NCBI GenBank assembly: GCA_963849325.1
Contig: CAWKHF010000005.1
Location: 736,001-800,000, forward strand
Reading direction: 5' to 3'
DNA: 64,000 nucleotides
From: an uncultured Planctomycetota bacterium
GTDB lineage: Bacteria > Planctomycetota > Planctomycetia > Gemmatales > Gemmataceae
Shown here: positions 34,237 through 44,341 of the stretch, piece by piece
Layout: the number at the start of each line of letters is the position of its first letter
Position numbering within the stretch: position 1 is the first letter of the stretch
Notes under the pieces: model-generated
Seen by the model: the letters and a program-made list of their open reading frames with translations, nothing else
Told to the model about the DNA's origin: nothing
The model's database searches: none
Program-made: the position numbers and the translations under genes

Positions 34237-34972
34237 TCACTCGCGCGTCTCGCGGAAGCGATAGCCGACGCCGCGCACCGTCTCGATCAGGTCGGACGTG
34301 CCCAGCTTCTTGCGCAGCGTCTTGATGTGGACGTCGATGGTGCGTTCCAGAACGATGGCGCCTTCGCCGATGGCGGCGTCCATGAGCTGATGCCGCGTGA
34401 AGGCCCGGCCCGGCTGGCGCAGCAGGCACTCCAGCAGGCGGAACTCCGTCGGCGTCAGGTCCAACTCGCGTTCCTCGGCGTAGGCCCGATGCCGCACGCG
34501 GTCCAGTCGCACGTCGAGGTGCTCGATCACGTCCACCGGGTCGGTGACGCCCTCGACGCGGCGCTGCAGCGCCTTGATGCGCTGCAGCAGCACCTTGACG
34601 CTGAACGGCTTGGTCACGTAATCGTCGGCCCCCAGCGAGAAGCCGACCACCTGATCGGTCTCCTCCGCCTTGGCGCTGATGATGATGATGGGGATGTCGC
34701 GCGTGCGCTCGCCGCCGCGCAGCTCGCGGCAGAACGTCGAAGCCGCTCAGGCCCGGCAGCATGAGGTCGAGCAGGATCAGGTCGGGCAAGAGCGTCTGCG
34801 CCTTGCGCAGTCCTTCCTGGCCGTCGTGGGCGACGACCGTTTCGTAGCCCTCGCGTTTGAGGTTGTACTCCAGCACGTCGGTCAGGCCGCGCTCGTCCTC
34901 GATGATGAGGATGCGCAGGCGCGGCGTGGTGGACGCCGGGGCGTTGGACGCGGCGACTGCCATCGTTGACAT
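34237..34972 (-). CDS. phoB: OmpR/PhoB family response regulator (frameshift near 34730)
   Basis: [48 protein letters not shown]; pst context. Confidence 0.85.
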
Positions 34973-34984
34973 CTCCACCCATTT

Positions 34985-35818
34985 TCATCCGAATCGTCCG
35001 GTGATGTAGTCTTCCGTCTGCTTCACCAGCGGGCGCGTATACAGTTGATCGGTCGGCCCGGACTCGATGAGCCGGCCCTGGAAGAAGAAGGCCGTGCGAT
35101 CGGAGACGCGGGCGGCCTGCTGCATGTTGTGCGTCACGATGACGATGGTGTAATCGCGCTTCAGCTCGAAGATGAGGTCTTCGATGCGGGCCGTCGAGGC
35201 CGGGTCCAGGGCCGAGGCCGGCTCGTCCAGCAGCAGCACTTCCGGATCGGTCGCCAGAGCGCGAGCGATGCACAGGCGCTGCGCCTGGCCGCCGGACAGG
35301 TTCAGGGCCGAGTCGTCCAGGCGATCCTTGACCTCGTCCCACAGGGCCGCCCCGCGCAGACAGCGCTCGCAGATTTCGTGCAGCGCGCGCCTTGTTGCGG
35401 ACGCCGGCCACGCGCGGCCCGAACACCACGTTCTCGAAGACGCTCTTGGGGAATGGGTTGGACTTCTGGAACACCATGCCCACGCGCCGCCGCAGATCCA
35501 CCAGGTTGACGTTGCGGCCGCCGATGTCCTCGCCGTCCAGGATCAACTCGCCGCGTGTGGCGCGTGCCCTCGATCAGATCGTTCATGCGGTTGAGGCGAA
35601 CGCAGGAACGTGGATTTGCCGCAGCCGGACGGCCCAATCAGGGCCATCACCGAACACTCCGGGATGGTCAGCGAGATGTCGAAGAGCGCCTGCTTCGCCC
35701 CGTACCAGAACGACATGTTGCGGACCTGGAACTTGGTGCGCACGCCCGGCTCGTTGGAGGGCTTGCGTCCGCTCAGGCCGCGTTCGGTGATGATGGCGGA
35801 ATAAGAGAGAGTGGACAT
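34985..35818 (-). CDS. pstB: Phosphate ABC transporter ATPase (several frameshifts at 35385-35600)
   Basis: [63 protein letters not shown]. Confidence 0.95.
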
Positions 35819-35887
35819 ACATTCACTCGAAAGCGTTCCTGGCTGCCTGCGCTCTCGAACGGGCGTCGGTTCCCCATGAGTGCCCCT

Positions 35888-35921
35888 ATTTTAGGGACCG
35901 ATTGTGTTGATTTGATGAAGA
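35888..35921 (-). promoter_or_regulatory. Putative Pho box plus -10 element for pstB-phoB
   Basis: TCTTCAT-CAAA-TCAACAC, then 10 nt, then TAAAAT. Confidence 0.55.
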
Positions 35922-36070
35922 TGCAGGGGAGAATTGACGACGACCACATGGGGCCGCCCACAAGGCTTCACTTGGCGACTTCCGGCAGAGCGACCACCAT
36001 TGGCAAGAAATCCGGCTAGAACGGGGCCGCGTCCCAGATCTTCGCCATGCGTCGCTTCAGGGTGCGCGCC

Positions 36071-36790
36071 TTATTGGTTAATGGTGATGGTTTGAGCAAT
36101 TACATAATACTCAAGATTGGGAGGCATAGAGCGATTCTCCAGACGAAGATATTCAGGCAAAGAAGCGGGCGATCGCCCCATAGGCTTCCATGGACGTTTC
36201 ACCTTGGGTAAGGTCTTCCAATCCAACGGCCATCGTCCTAAATAATCACTATATTCGTAGCATGCCAGTTCTCTGTCTCGCAACAAGAAATGTAAATGAT
36301 ACTTGGGAGCTTCGCAGACTCCCACTGGGATTAGAAAGAAGAGTTTTCGACATTTCCCGCCGAATTCTGGGGACAAATTGACGTGGTGGAAAACCATCAG
36401 TCCTTTTTCATCGGACGTTGGTGTCAGTCCACCCCTAAAATCCATCACAGGATAACCTAAGGCGCTATCCCCCTTATGGTCCGTAACCGAAAGGGTAACG
36501 CCTTCAATGGGTCGGCCGTTCTGATTGATAACCGTGACCTGAAACTCCACTTGAGAGAATCCGCCATCCCAAAGTTCTACAATCCCAGGGCAAATAAGTG
36601 CAAGTCCAGCAAGCACTACTATGACAGTCACGACGCCGACTGAGAATCTATTCCGAAAGCCGGCAGGCTGTGTGCGCAAGTTCTCCGAAGGGGGCCGATG
36701 AGAGAATTCACGTCCCTCGCTCTCTTCTTCGGGAATAGCCCCAGAGAGTGAATTTTTTTCCATGACTCTCATTTGTAACGGAATAGTCAC
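36071..36790 (-). CDS. Low-GC hypothetical membrane-anchored protein (carboxypeptidase-regulatory-like beta domain)
   Basis: Intact 239-aa ORF, TM segment, V.V....G.PI.GV and T.SD..G motifs; AT-rich codons. Confidence 0.6.
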   Translation of the reverse strand: MTIPLQMRVMEKNSLSGAIPEEESEGREFSHRPPSENLRTQPAGFRNRFSVGVVTVIVVLAGLALICPGIVELWDGGFSQVEFQVTVINQNGRPIEGVTLSVTDHKGDSALGYPVMDFRGGLTPTSDEKGLMVFHHVNLSPEFGGKCRKLFFLIPVGVCEAPKYHLHFLLRDRELACYEYSDYLGRWPLDWKTLPKVKRPWKPMGRSPASLPEYLRLENRSMPPNLEYYVIAQTITINQ

Positions 36791-36928
36791 TTTTTCTTCG
36801 CCATCATTTCATCATATTTCCTGGCAAGATAATCAATAATATGTTGCCATTCCGTAGCATCTGTCAACACGTTCCCTGTGTTCGTTTCATCAAACCATTC
36901 TCTTCGCCCCAGTTCACGAACTATAATG

Positions 36929-37468
36929 TCAATCCGACTTGAACCCGCCGTACCCCGCCTGGGTCGTCTCGATATTGTGCGTCACCTTGCCGTCGTCGTA
37001 GCGGCAGATGAAGTGCGACCTCGCGCACGCCAGGGAAACCGGCCAGCCCAAACGCCGCCCAATGGCGACATGCAAGGCAGCCATGTTAGCGCAGGTTCCC
37101 CGCCGAGTATCCATCACCCCGTTGAGGAAGAGGTCCGAAGGGTCCGTGTACCAGACGGCCGTGACGTTCCTCTGGTCCTCTTTGTAGGCGATGCCGGCTT
37201 CGTGCTCGAGGTAGCAGCAGAGCACACCGAATCGAAAGAAGTTCACATCATTCTTCCAGTCCTGCGGTGTCTTCCGGAAAACCCGCTCGGCTCCCGGCAA
37301 CCTCCTCCTGACCCCCTCAGCCCAGTCGTCTGCCAGACGCTGCTAGCGGCGGATCTCCAGCCCGGCCAGACTTGGGATGCTCTTGGCCACCAGCAGATTC
37401 ATCTTCACCGGATCGACCTTGGCTTGCTCATCGTCGGCCAGTCCAAGCATCTCAAAGTAGTTGCGCAT
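36929..37468 (-). pseudogene. Truncated transglutaminase-like (SirB1/Transglut_core2-type) gene
   Basis: G.CA.MA.L..A.GRRLG.PV......HF..R.D...NIE.T; in-frame TAG at 37343-37345; ends abruptly at the low-GC junction. Confidence 0.65.
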
Positions 37469-37585
37469 CGAACCGTCCTCTGTTGCTCCACGGCGGTGAA
37501 GATCCGCGATCGACCAGTGACAGTAAAGCCGTTATTGTCGGACTGTCAAGCGAAATCCGAAAAGAACTACTCAATGTTTTGGGTT

Positions 37586-39043
37586 TTACCGAGCCGCGAG
37601 CGTCAGCGAGTGGTGAGCGGGACCGCTCGCTGACGCTCGCGGCTCGGTCAATTGCGCTACTCGAGCGGCGCGAGGGAGACCGACCGTGAAGGTAGTGCCC
37701 TGTCCGGGCCGACTGCCGGCGCGGACGCTGCCGTGCATGGCCTGGGCCAGGTGCTTGACGATGGACAGCCCCAATCCGGTGCCGCCCATTTCGCGCGACC
37801 GCGCCTTGTCCACGCGATAGAAGCGCTCAAAGATGTGTGGCAGGTCCGACTCCGGGATGCCGATGCCGGTGTCGGACACCTCCAGGCAAATCTCGTCGCC
37901 TTCCGGCTGCCAGCGGACCCAGACGCGGCCGCCCTCTGGCGTGTACTTGACGGCGTTGTCCAGAAGGTTGTCGAGGATCTGTTCGACGGCTTCCTCATCG
38001 GCCCAGACGGTCAGCGGCCGCTCCTCGGTCGGCGGGACGATTTCCAGGACTTGCCCCTTGGCCTCGGCACGGGGACGCTGCCGCTCCACACAGGCCCGAA
38101 CGACCTCGGCCACGACAACAGGCTGGAAGTCGAACAATTCCTCGCCGGACTCCAGGCGCGCGAGGCTGAGCAGATCGAGGATGAGAGCGTGCAGACGATT
38201 GCTCTGGCCGGCGATCTGTTCGAGGAAGTGGGTCCGGTGTTCGGGATCGTCGATGGCGCCGTCGAGCAGCGTTTCGACGCAGGCGGTGATGACCGACAGC
38301 GGCGTCTTGAGTTCGTGGGAGACGTTGGCGACGAACTCCTGGCGCAGCCGTTCGAGGCGGCGCAGCTCGGTCGTGTCCTGCAAGACGAGCACGGCGCCGC
38401 GCGGCGGCGGGCCGGGCAGCCGCGCCGCATGGACGGTCAGGCTGCGCATGCTGGGTCCGTTCCAGCCCAGCTCCTCGCGCTGCGGTTCGGAGCTGTCCAG
38501 GGCGCGCTGCACCACGTCCAGCAGCGGCCGCTGGCGGACGACCTCCCACAAGCGCCGGCCGACCGGCGCCTGCCAGGGCAGACCCAGGAACTGCGTGGCG
38601 CGTTCGTTGGCGTAGAGGATACGCTGGTTGGCGTCCAGGGCGACGACGCCTTCGACCATGCCGCTGAGGATGGTGCGCAGCTGCTCGCGGTCCTCTTCCA
38701 GACGCGCGATCCGCGCATCGAGCCGTTCGCTCATGCGGTTGAAGGCGCGGACCAGCTCGCCGATCTCGTCCTGGCCATCCGTGAAGACGCGCGGACCAGA
38801 GGCGCCGTCGCTGAGTTTGTTGGCGGCGGCGATCAGAGACTCGATGGGCCGGCGCCAGCGCCGCGCCAGCCGGGTACTGAGGACCACAACGCCGAGTACC
38901 GCGACCGCCGCCGTGACGCCGATCCGGACGACGCCTTGCCGCCGAAGCTCGGGATCCTTCGCGCCCAGGGCGATGACCAGAGCGACGCCGGCGAGGAGCG
39001 CCAGGAAGAAGAGGGTGAACGTGGAGAAGAGACGGCGAAACAT
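37586..39043 (-). CDS. phoR: Sensor histidine kinase (HAMP-PAS-HisKA-HATPase)
   Basis: EFVANVSHELKTPL, NLLDNAVKY, DTGIGI, IFERFYRVDKARSR..GGTGLGL; pst context. Confidence 0.9.
   Translation of the reverse strand: MFRRLFSTFTLFFLALLAGVALVIALGAKDPELRRQGVVRIGVTAAVAVLGVVVLSTRLARRWRRPIESLIAAANKLSDGASGPRVFTDGQDEIGELVRAFNRMSERLDARIARLEEDREQLRTILSGMVEGVVALDANQRILYANERATQFLGLPWQAPVGRRLWEVVRQRPLLDVVQRALDSSEPQREELGWNGPSMRSLTVHAARLPGPPPRGAVLVLQDTTELRRLERLRQEFVANVSHELKTPLSVITACVETLLDGAIDDPEHRTHFLEQIAGQSNRLHALILDLLSLARLESGEELFDFQPVVVAEVVRACVERQRPRAEAKGQVLEIVPPTEERPLTVWADEEAVEQILDNLLDNAVKYTPEGGRVWVRWQPEGDEICLEVSDTGIGIPESDLPHIFERFYRVDKARSREMGGTGLGLSIVKHLAQAMHGSVRAGSRPGQGTTFTVGLPRAARVAQLTEPRASASGPAHHSLTLAAR
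37588..37648. repeat. REP-like palindrome, family D (ACCGAGCCGCGA)
   Basis: Inverted arms; translated as the PhoR tail. Confidence 0.85.
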
Positions 39044-39057
39044 AAACCGGATCCACA

Positions 39058-39122
39058 GGCGAACGGCCGGCGTCAGCCGGTTAGTCTGGCCCGAACCAGC
39101 CGGCTGACGCCGGCCGTTCGCC
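39058..39122. repeat. REP-like palindrome, family E
   Basis: Inverted arms between pstA and phoR. Confidence 0.9.
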
Positions 39123-39130
39123 AAAATATT

Positions 39131-41137
39131 CTACTCCGCCCGGCTGGCCAACACGACGCGCTTCCCGGTCAGCAGACGAATGCCGACGTTGAGGATCATG
39201 ACGAAGGCGAGCAGGACCAGGGCGGCGGACCAGGCGAGGCGGACCTGGTTGTCGTCGGGACTCATCGAATACTGGTAGATGTACAGCGGTAGGAAAGCGG
39301 TCTTGTCCGACGGGGAGAAGGACCAGCGATCGTTGCCGAAGGCGGTCATCAGCAGCGGAGCGGTTTCGCCGGCGATGCGGGCGATGCCGAGGAAGGTGCC
39401 GGTGAGGATGGCCGGCAGAGCGGCCGGCAGCGACACGCGCAGCACCGTTTGCCATTGGTGGGCGCCCAGGGCGTGACTGGCGTTGCGCAGCGTTTGCGGC
39501 ACCAGTTTGAGCGCTTCCTCCGACGAACGCAGGACGACGGGGACCATCATGCAGCCCAGGGCGAAGGCGCCGGCCCAGCCGGAAAACTGTTCGTCGGGAG
39601 GCAACAACTTCGCGTGGATAAACAGGCGGACGAGAGCGTAGACGAAGGTGCCGACGACGATGGACGGCACCCCGTTGAGCAGCTCGCCGAAAATGCGGAC
39701 GACGGAACCGAGACGGTTGGTGCGATACTCGGCGAGGAAGACGGCGGCCAGCAGCCCGATGGGCAGGGCGAAGGCGGTGGCCAGGGCGACCAGGAGCAGA
39801 CTGCCCAGCAAGGCGTTGGCCAGCCCGCCGCCGGTTTCTCCCATCGGCCGCGGCAATTGGGTGAAGAAGGCCACGTCCAGGCCGCCGACGCCTCGATACA
39901 GGATGAAGCCGAGGATCAAAAACAGTGGCACGCAGGTAGCGACCAAACACAGACCGAGTACGCCGAGGGTCGCCAGCACCACCAGGACGGCGACGGTCGT
40001 TATCAGGGCCAGCAGGCTCGTCCGCAGCCCGGCATCGTGTACCAGGAAGGCGAGCGCCATCGCCACGACCGCCAGAACGGCGAGGGCGGTCAGGCCCAGC
40101 ACGTTGTCGCGTCCGCCGCCGCCGGTCATGAGCCGGTTGAGCGCGGCGGCCTTGCGGGGATCGGACGACAGGCGTTCGCCGGTCGCGGTGGGCAAGGGTC
40201 GGCGGAGGAGCCGGGTCCACAACGACCGGCCGCGGCGCGGCCGGCCCATGCGTCCGATGAGCACGCGGGCCAGCACGTTCATGACGATGGTGATGCCAAA
40301 GAGCAGCAGACCCAGTTCGATCAGGGCCGATTCGTGCATTCGGCCGAGGTTGGACGGCAGCTCGACGGCGAGGAGGCTGGGGATGGTGTTGCCCTGGCCG
40401 AACGGCAAGGCCTGGAAGCGCTGCACGTTGCCGATAATCATGGTCACGGCCATGGTCTCGCCGATGGCGCGGCCCAGGGCGAGGAAACAGCCGCCGAGGA
40501 TGCCGGGCCGAGCGTAGGGCAGGACGACGCCCCAGATCATCTGCCAGCGTGTCGCTCCCAGGGCCAACGCCGCCTCGCGCTGAGCGCGCGGAACGGCCTG
40601 GCAGACGTCGTAGGAGATGGCCGCGACGTAGGGCACGACCATGATGGCGAGAATCAGTCCGGCCGACAGCAGCCCCTTGCCGCCGACGTTGGGACCGCCG
40701 GCAACGTCGAATAGCTCCTGCAAGGCGGGTCCGAGGAAGGTGATGCCCCAGAAGCCGTAGACGACGCTGGGAATGGCCGCCAGCAGCTCGACCAGGAAGG
40801 AGCCGGCCCGCTTGACCCAGCCGGTGGCGATCTCCGCCAGAAACGTTGCCGTCCCCACGCCGAAGGGGACGGCCAGGAGCATGGCCAGGGCGGAGGTGAC
40901 GAGGGAGCCATAGACGAAGACCAGTCCGCCGAAGCGTCCGTGGTTGGGGTCCCAGGTGCCGCTGATCAGGATGCGGGCGCCGACGGCGCGGACGGCCGGC
41001 CAGGCCTGCCACGTCAGCAGCACGACGATCAGCGCCACCAGCAGCATCACCACCGCCGCCGAGGATAGGCAGAGGTTCTTGAACAGTCCGTCCGTCGGCG
41101 CCGAGTCCCGGGGCGGAGCGGACAGAGAGACCGGCAC
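39131..41137 (-). CDS. pstC: Fused phosphate ABC permease PstC-PstA
   Basis: Two permease domains in one frame: ELLAAIPSVVYG/RAIGETMAV and ELLNGVPSIVVG/ARIAGETAPL. Confidence 0.85.
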   Translation of the reverse strand: MPVSLSAPPRDSAPTDGLFKNLCLSSAAVVMLLVALIVVLLTWQAWPAVRAVGARILISGTWDPNHGRFGGLVFVYGSLVTSALAMLLAVPFGVGTATFLAEIATGWVKRAGSFLVELLAAIPSVVYGFWGITFLGPALQELFDVAGGPNVGGKGLLSAGLILAIMVVPYVAAISYDVCQAVPRAQREAALALGATRWQMIWGVVLPYARPGILGGCFLALGRAIGETMAVTMIIGNVQRFQALPFGQGNTIPSLLAVELPSNLGRMHESALIELGLLLFGITIVMNVLARVLIGRMGRPRRGRSLWTRLLRRPLPTATGERLSSDPRKAAALNRLMTGGGGRDNVLGLTALAVLAVVAMALAFLVHDAGLRTSLLALITTVAVLVVLATLGVLGLCLVATCVPLFLILGFILYRGVGGLDVAFFTQLPRPMGETGGGLANALLGSLLLVALATAFALPIGLLAAVFLAEYRTNRLGSVVRIFGELLNGVPSIVVGTFVYALVRLFIHAKLLPPDEQFSGWAGAFALGCMMVPVVLRSSEEALKLVPQTLRNASHALGAHQWQTVLRVSLPAALPAILTGTFLGIARIAGETAPLLMTAFGNDRWSFSPSDKTAFLPLYIYQYSMSPDDNQVRLAWSAALVLLAFVMILNVGIRLLTGKRVVLASRAE

Positions 41138-41155
41138 GGTTCACGATCCACACCT

Positions 41156-42202
41156 TTACTTGACCTGGATGCTCTGGAGTTTCTCGTCGATGCGTGGGAC
41201 GAGCGACGCGGGCAGCCGGGCGTATTGCATTTCTTCGGCGTACTTCTGGCCTTCGTGGACGATCCAGGTCAGGAACTGGACCAGCTCGCGGCCGGCGTCG
41301 CCGGACTGGTTCCGGTACAGCACGGCCCAGGTGGTGCCGCTGATCGGATAGGCGTCTTCGGCCTGGTAGTGCTGGACGATGGAGAAGCGCAGGTCGTCGG
41401 GCACCTTCGAGAGCGAGCCGGCCGCGGCGCTGACGTTGGCCTGGGTGGCCCGAATGAACTTGCCGGCCTTGTTGCGGACGGCGCCGTACTGGATGTCCTT
41501 CTTCTGCAAGGCATAGAGCAACTCGACGTAGCCGATGCTGCCGGCGTTGCGGGCGATGTTGTCGGCCAGGGCCGGGTTGCCCTTTTCGCCGCTGCCGACC
41601 GGCCAATCCACGCTGGTGTTGGAGCCGCACTTCTCCTTCCACCTGGGGCTGACCGTGCTGAGGAACTCGGTGAAGATGGCGGTCGTGCCGCTGCCCTCGG
41701 CCCGATGGACGACGCTGATCTTCCGGTCGGGCAGCGGCACGTCCGGGTTGTCGGCCTGGATGCGATCGTCGCTCCAGTTGGTGATGTCGCCGAGGAAGAT
41801 GCCGGCCAGCACTTCGCCGGTGAAGTTCAGCGGTTTGTCCACGCCGGGCAGGTTGTAGGCGGGCACGACGCCGCCCAGGACCAGGGGAACGTGGACGACC
41901 TCGCCGCCCTCCTGGCGAGCCATCTCCAGCTGCTCGTCAGTCAGGAAGGCGTCGGTGCAGCCGAAGTGGACGGCCTTCTCCGTCATCTGCTTGATGCCGG
42001 CCGTGGACCCTTGCCCCTGATAGTTGGTCTCGAAGCCACCCTTCTCGCGGACGTAAACGTCGATCCACTTGTCCATGATCGGCTTGAGGAACGTCGATCC
42101 CGAGCCGCTCAGCGTTTTCGAGCCGTTGCCGCAGCCGACACCGCCGGCCAGCACCAGGCACGTCAGGCCCAGACTCAGCCCCTTCCAGGTCCGCATCGTC
42201 AT
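41156..42202 (-). CDS. pstS: Phosphate ABC transporter substrate-binding lipoprotein
   Basis: VGC lipobox, GSGST, NYQ..GS..G, R..GSGTT, GSIGYVE, YPI. Confidence 0.95.
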   Translation of the reverse strand: MTMRTWKGLSLGLTCLVLAGGVGCGNGSKTLSGSGSTFLKPIMDKWIDVYVREKGGFETNYQGQGSTAGIKQMTEKAVHFGCTDAFLTDEQLEMARQEGGEVVHVPLVLGGVVPAYNLPGVDKPLNFTGEVLAGIFLGDITNWSDDRIQADNPDVPLPDRKISVVHRAEGSGTTAIFTEFLSTVSPRWKEKCGSNTSVDWPVGSGEKGNPALADNIARNAGSIGYVELLYALQKKDIQYGAVRNKAGKFIRATQANVSAAAGSLSKVPDDLRFSIVQHYQAEDAYPISGTTWAVLYRNQSGDAGRELVQFLTWIVHEGQKYAEEMQYARLPASLVPRIDEKLQSIQVK

Positions 42203-42228
42203 GGTTCTTCCCCCAGGAGCACTCTCGC

Positions 42229-42285
42229 ATGGTAAGGCAGCCACCTGGCGGAACCTGTGAGGGATAGATGAAGATGGGATGAAGA
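42229..42285 (-). promoter_or_regulatory. Putative tandem Pho boxes and -10 upstream of pstS
   Basis: TCTTCAT / TCTTCAT / CCCTCAC at an exact 11-bp period (42257-42285); TACCAT at 42229-42234. Confidence 0.6.
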
Positions 42286-42288
42286 GAT

Positions 42289-43337
42289 TCATCCCACGCT
42301 CGCCGGTTTCATGCCGACCGCCTGGCGCACCAGGGCCATCGTCTGCCGCGCCTCGGCCCGCGCGCGCTGCGGCGCCGCGCCGCAGGACATCCTCGACCTG
42401 CTCGGGATGGGCGGCCAGTTGCTTGCGCCGCTCGCGGGCCGGGCCGAAGTGGGCGTTGATCTTCTCCAGCAGCATCTTCTTGGCCTCGCCGTAGCCCATG
42501 CCGCCGGCACGATAGCGCGCCGCCAGCGCCGCCTTCTCCTCGTCGGTGGCGAACAGGCTGTACAGCGCGAACACGTTGCAGCGCTCGGGATCTTTCGGCG
42601 CCTCCACCGGCGTGCTGTCGGTGACGATGCTCATGACCGTCTTTTGCAGCGGCTTGCCCTCGGCGAAGATATCGATGGTGTTGTTGTACGACTTGCTCAT
42701 CTTCTGCCCGTCGATGCCTGGCACCTTCGATTCCTTGTCGAGCCGATAGTCCGGGATGGGGAAGACATCGCCGTAGGCGCGGTTGAACTTGCCGGCGATG
42801 TCCTGCGTCATCTCGACGTGCTGCACCTGGTCCTTGCCCACCGGCACGACGTGCGAGCGATAGATGAGGATGTCCGCCGCCATGAGGATCGGATAGAAGA
42901 ACAGGCCGACGCTGGCGTCGATGCCCTTTTCGATCTTCTCCTTGTAGGAGACGGCGCGTTCGAGCAGGCCCATGTTGGTGACGGTCGAGAGAATCCAGGC
43001 CAAGCTCGGTGACTTCGGGAACGTCGGACTGGCGGAAGAAGACGGCCTTGTCGGGGTCGAGTCCGAGGGCGAGGTAATCCAGGGCGACATCGAGCGTGTT
43101 CTGGCGCAGGGTCTCGGCCCGGTCGGCCGGCTCGATCTTGTCGTTGCCGATTCGCCGCCGGGTCGCCTCGTCGATGGTGGTCAGGGCGTGATAGTCGGCG
43201 ATGAAGTAGAAGCACGGCGCCTCGTCTTGCAGGGCGATGTGCTGGCGGATGGCGCCGAAGTAGTTGCCGAGGTGGAGCTTGCCGGACGGCTGCACGCCGC
43301 TGAGGATGCGTCGCGGGCCGGAGGGAGGGTTGGCCAT
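42289..43337 (-). CDS. trpS: Tryptophan-tRNA ligase (frameshifts near 43005 and 42365)
   Basis: SGVQPSG.LHLGNY, YP.LMAADIL, VPVGKDQ.QH.E, KMSKS. Confidence 0.95.
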
Positions 43338-43353
43338 GTCGAGTATCTCTTGT

Positions 43354-43387
43354 GCCGCTGGCGGCTTAGCGTTAAGCCGCCAGCGGC
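43354..43387. repeat. Palindrome, family I
   Basis: GCCGCTGGCGGCTTA-GCGT-TAAGCCGCCAGCGGC perfect hairpin. Confidence 0.75.
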
Positions 43388-43467
43388 CGGTTGCTCTATC
43401 CCACGCTCTTTTTACCGGGTAAAGTTAGTCCGGCGTCCCGAAGAGGATGGAGGGAAGTGATCCGGGC

Positions 43468-44236
43468 ATGGATCGCATCGAACAATCTCTGGTGGAAGCT
43501 CTGCGGCAAGCGCTGGCCGAGCCGGGCGAGCAGCGTTTGTACCGCGGCGGCAAGCTGACGGGCCTGTTCCCCGGCCGCAATGGCGTCGCATGGCACCGCC
43601 GCCGCCCAGGCGCTGCGCGACGGCCTGCTGGAAGATCGTCCGCACGCGAGACGAAGGGCAAGACGATCATCGAGTGGGTGCGTCTGACGCCGCGCGGCGT
43701 CGATTTCCTGCACGAGCGCGAATCGCCGCTCTGCGCCCTGCAGGAGCTGCGCGCCGCGCTGCGGCTCAATCAGCAGGCAGTGCCGGTATGGCTGGCGGAG
43801 ATCCGCGCCGCCTTGCAGGCGATGGACGAACGCCTCGCCGCCGACGCGCACAAGTGGCTGGAGCGCCTCGACGCCCTGTCGCGCCGCGTGGACGAGACGC
43901 TGCGCCGCCTGGAACAGTCGGCCCCGCTGCTGCCGCCGGAGATCGCCGAAGTCACACCCCTGGGCCATCGACGCGCTGAACTACCTTGACCGCCGCCGCC
44001 TGGCGTCCGGCTCGTCCGCCGAGGACGAGGCCACGGATTGTCCCCTGCCGGAGTTGTTCGCGGCCCTGGTGCGCCCGCATCCCGGTCTGTCGATGAGCGT
44101 CTTTCACGAGGGGCTGCGCCGTTTGCACGAACGGCGTTTGTTGCACCTGCGGCCGGCCTCCAGCCTGGCCGACCTGCCACAGCCGGAGTACGCCCTGCTC
44201 GAAGGCGCCGCCGTGCTGTACTATGCCGCCCGCTGA
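43468..44236 (+). CDS. Hypothetical protein, probable wHTH - coiled coil - wHTH (several frameshifts)
   Basis: V.LTP.G..FL wing motif, helical middle, L.ELF...FH.GL..L C-terminus; ORFs 43447 and 44054 join. Confidence 0.55.
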
Positions 44237-44263
44237 GGGTAGGATTATGGAATGGTCCGAATC

Positions 44264-44327
44264 GTTTCGCCGCGACGCGCAGCGGAGCGCGGACTTGCCG
44301 CGCTCCGCTGCGCAGTCGCGGCGAAAC
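44264..44327. repeat. REP-like palindrome, family A
   Basis: Inverted arms. Confidence 0.9.
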
Positions 44328-44341
44328 GGGAGACTCTTTCC

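Noticed and set aside
41156-43090. 644-aa TrpS-PstS fusion ORF
   Set aside because: Artefact of a frameshift near 42365. trpS has its own stop at 42289, and pstS has its own promoter motifs and lipoprotein signal.
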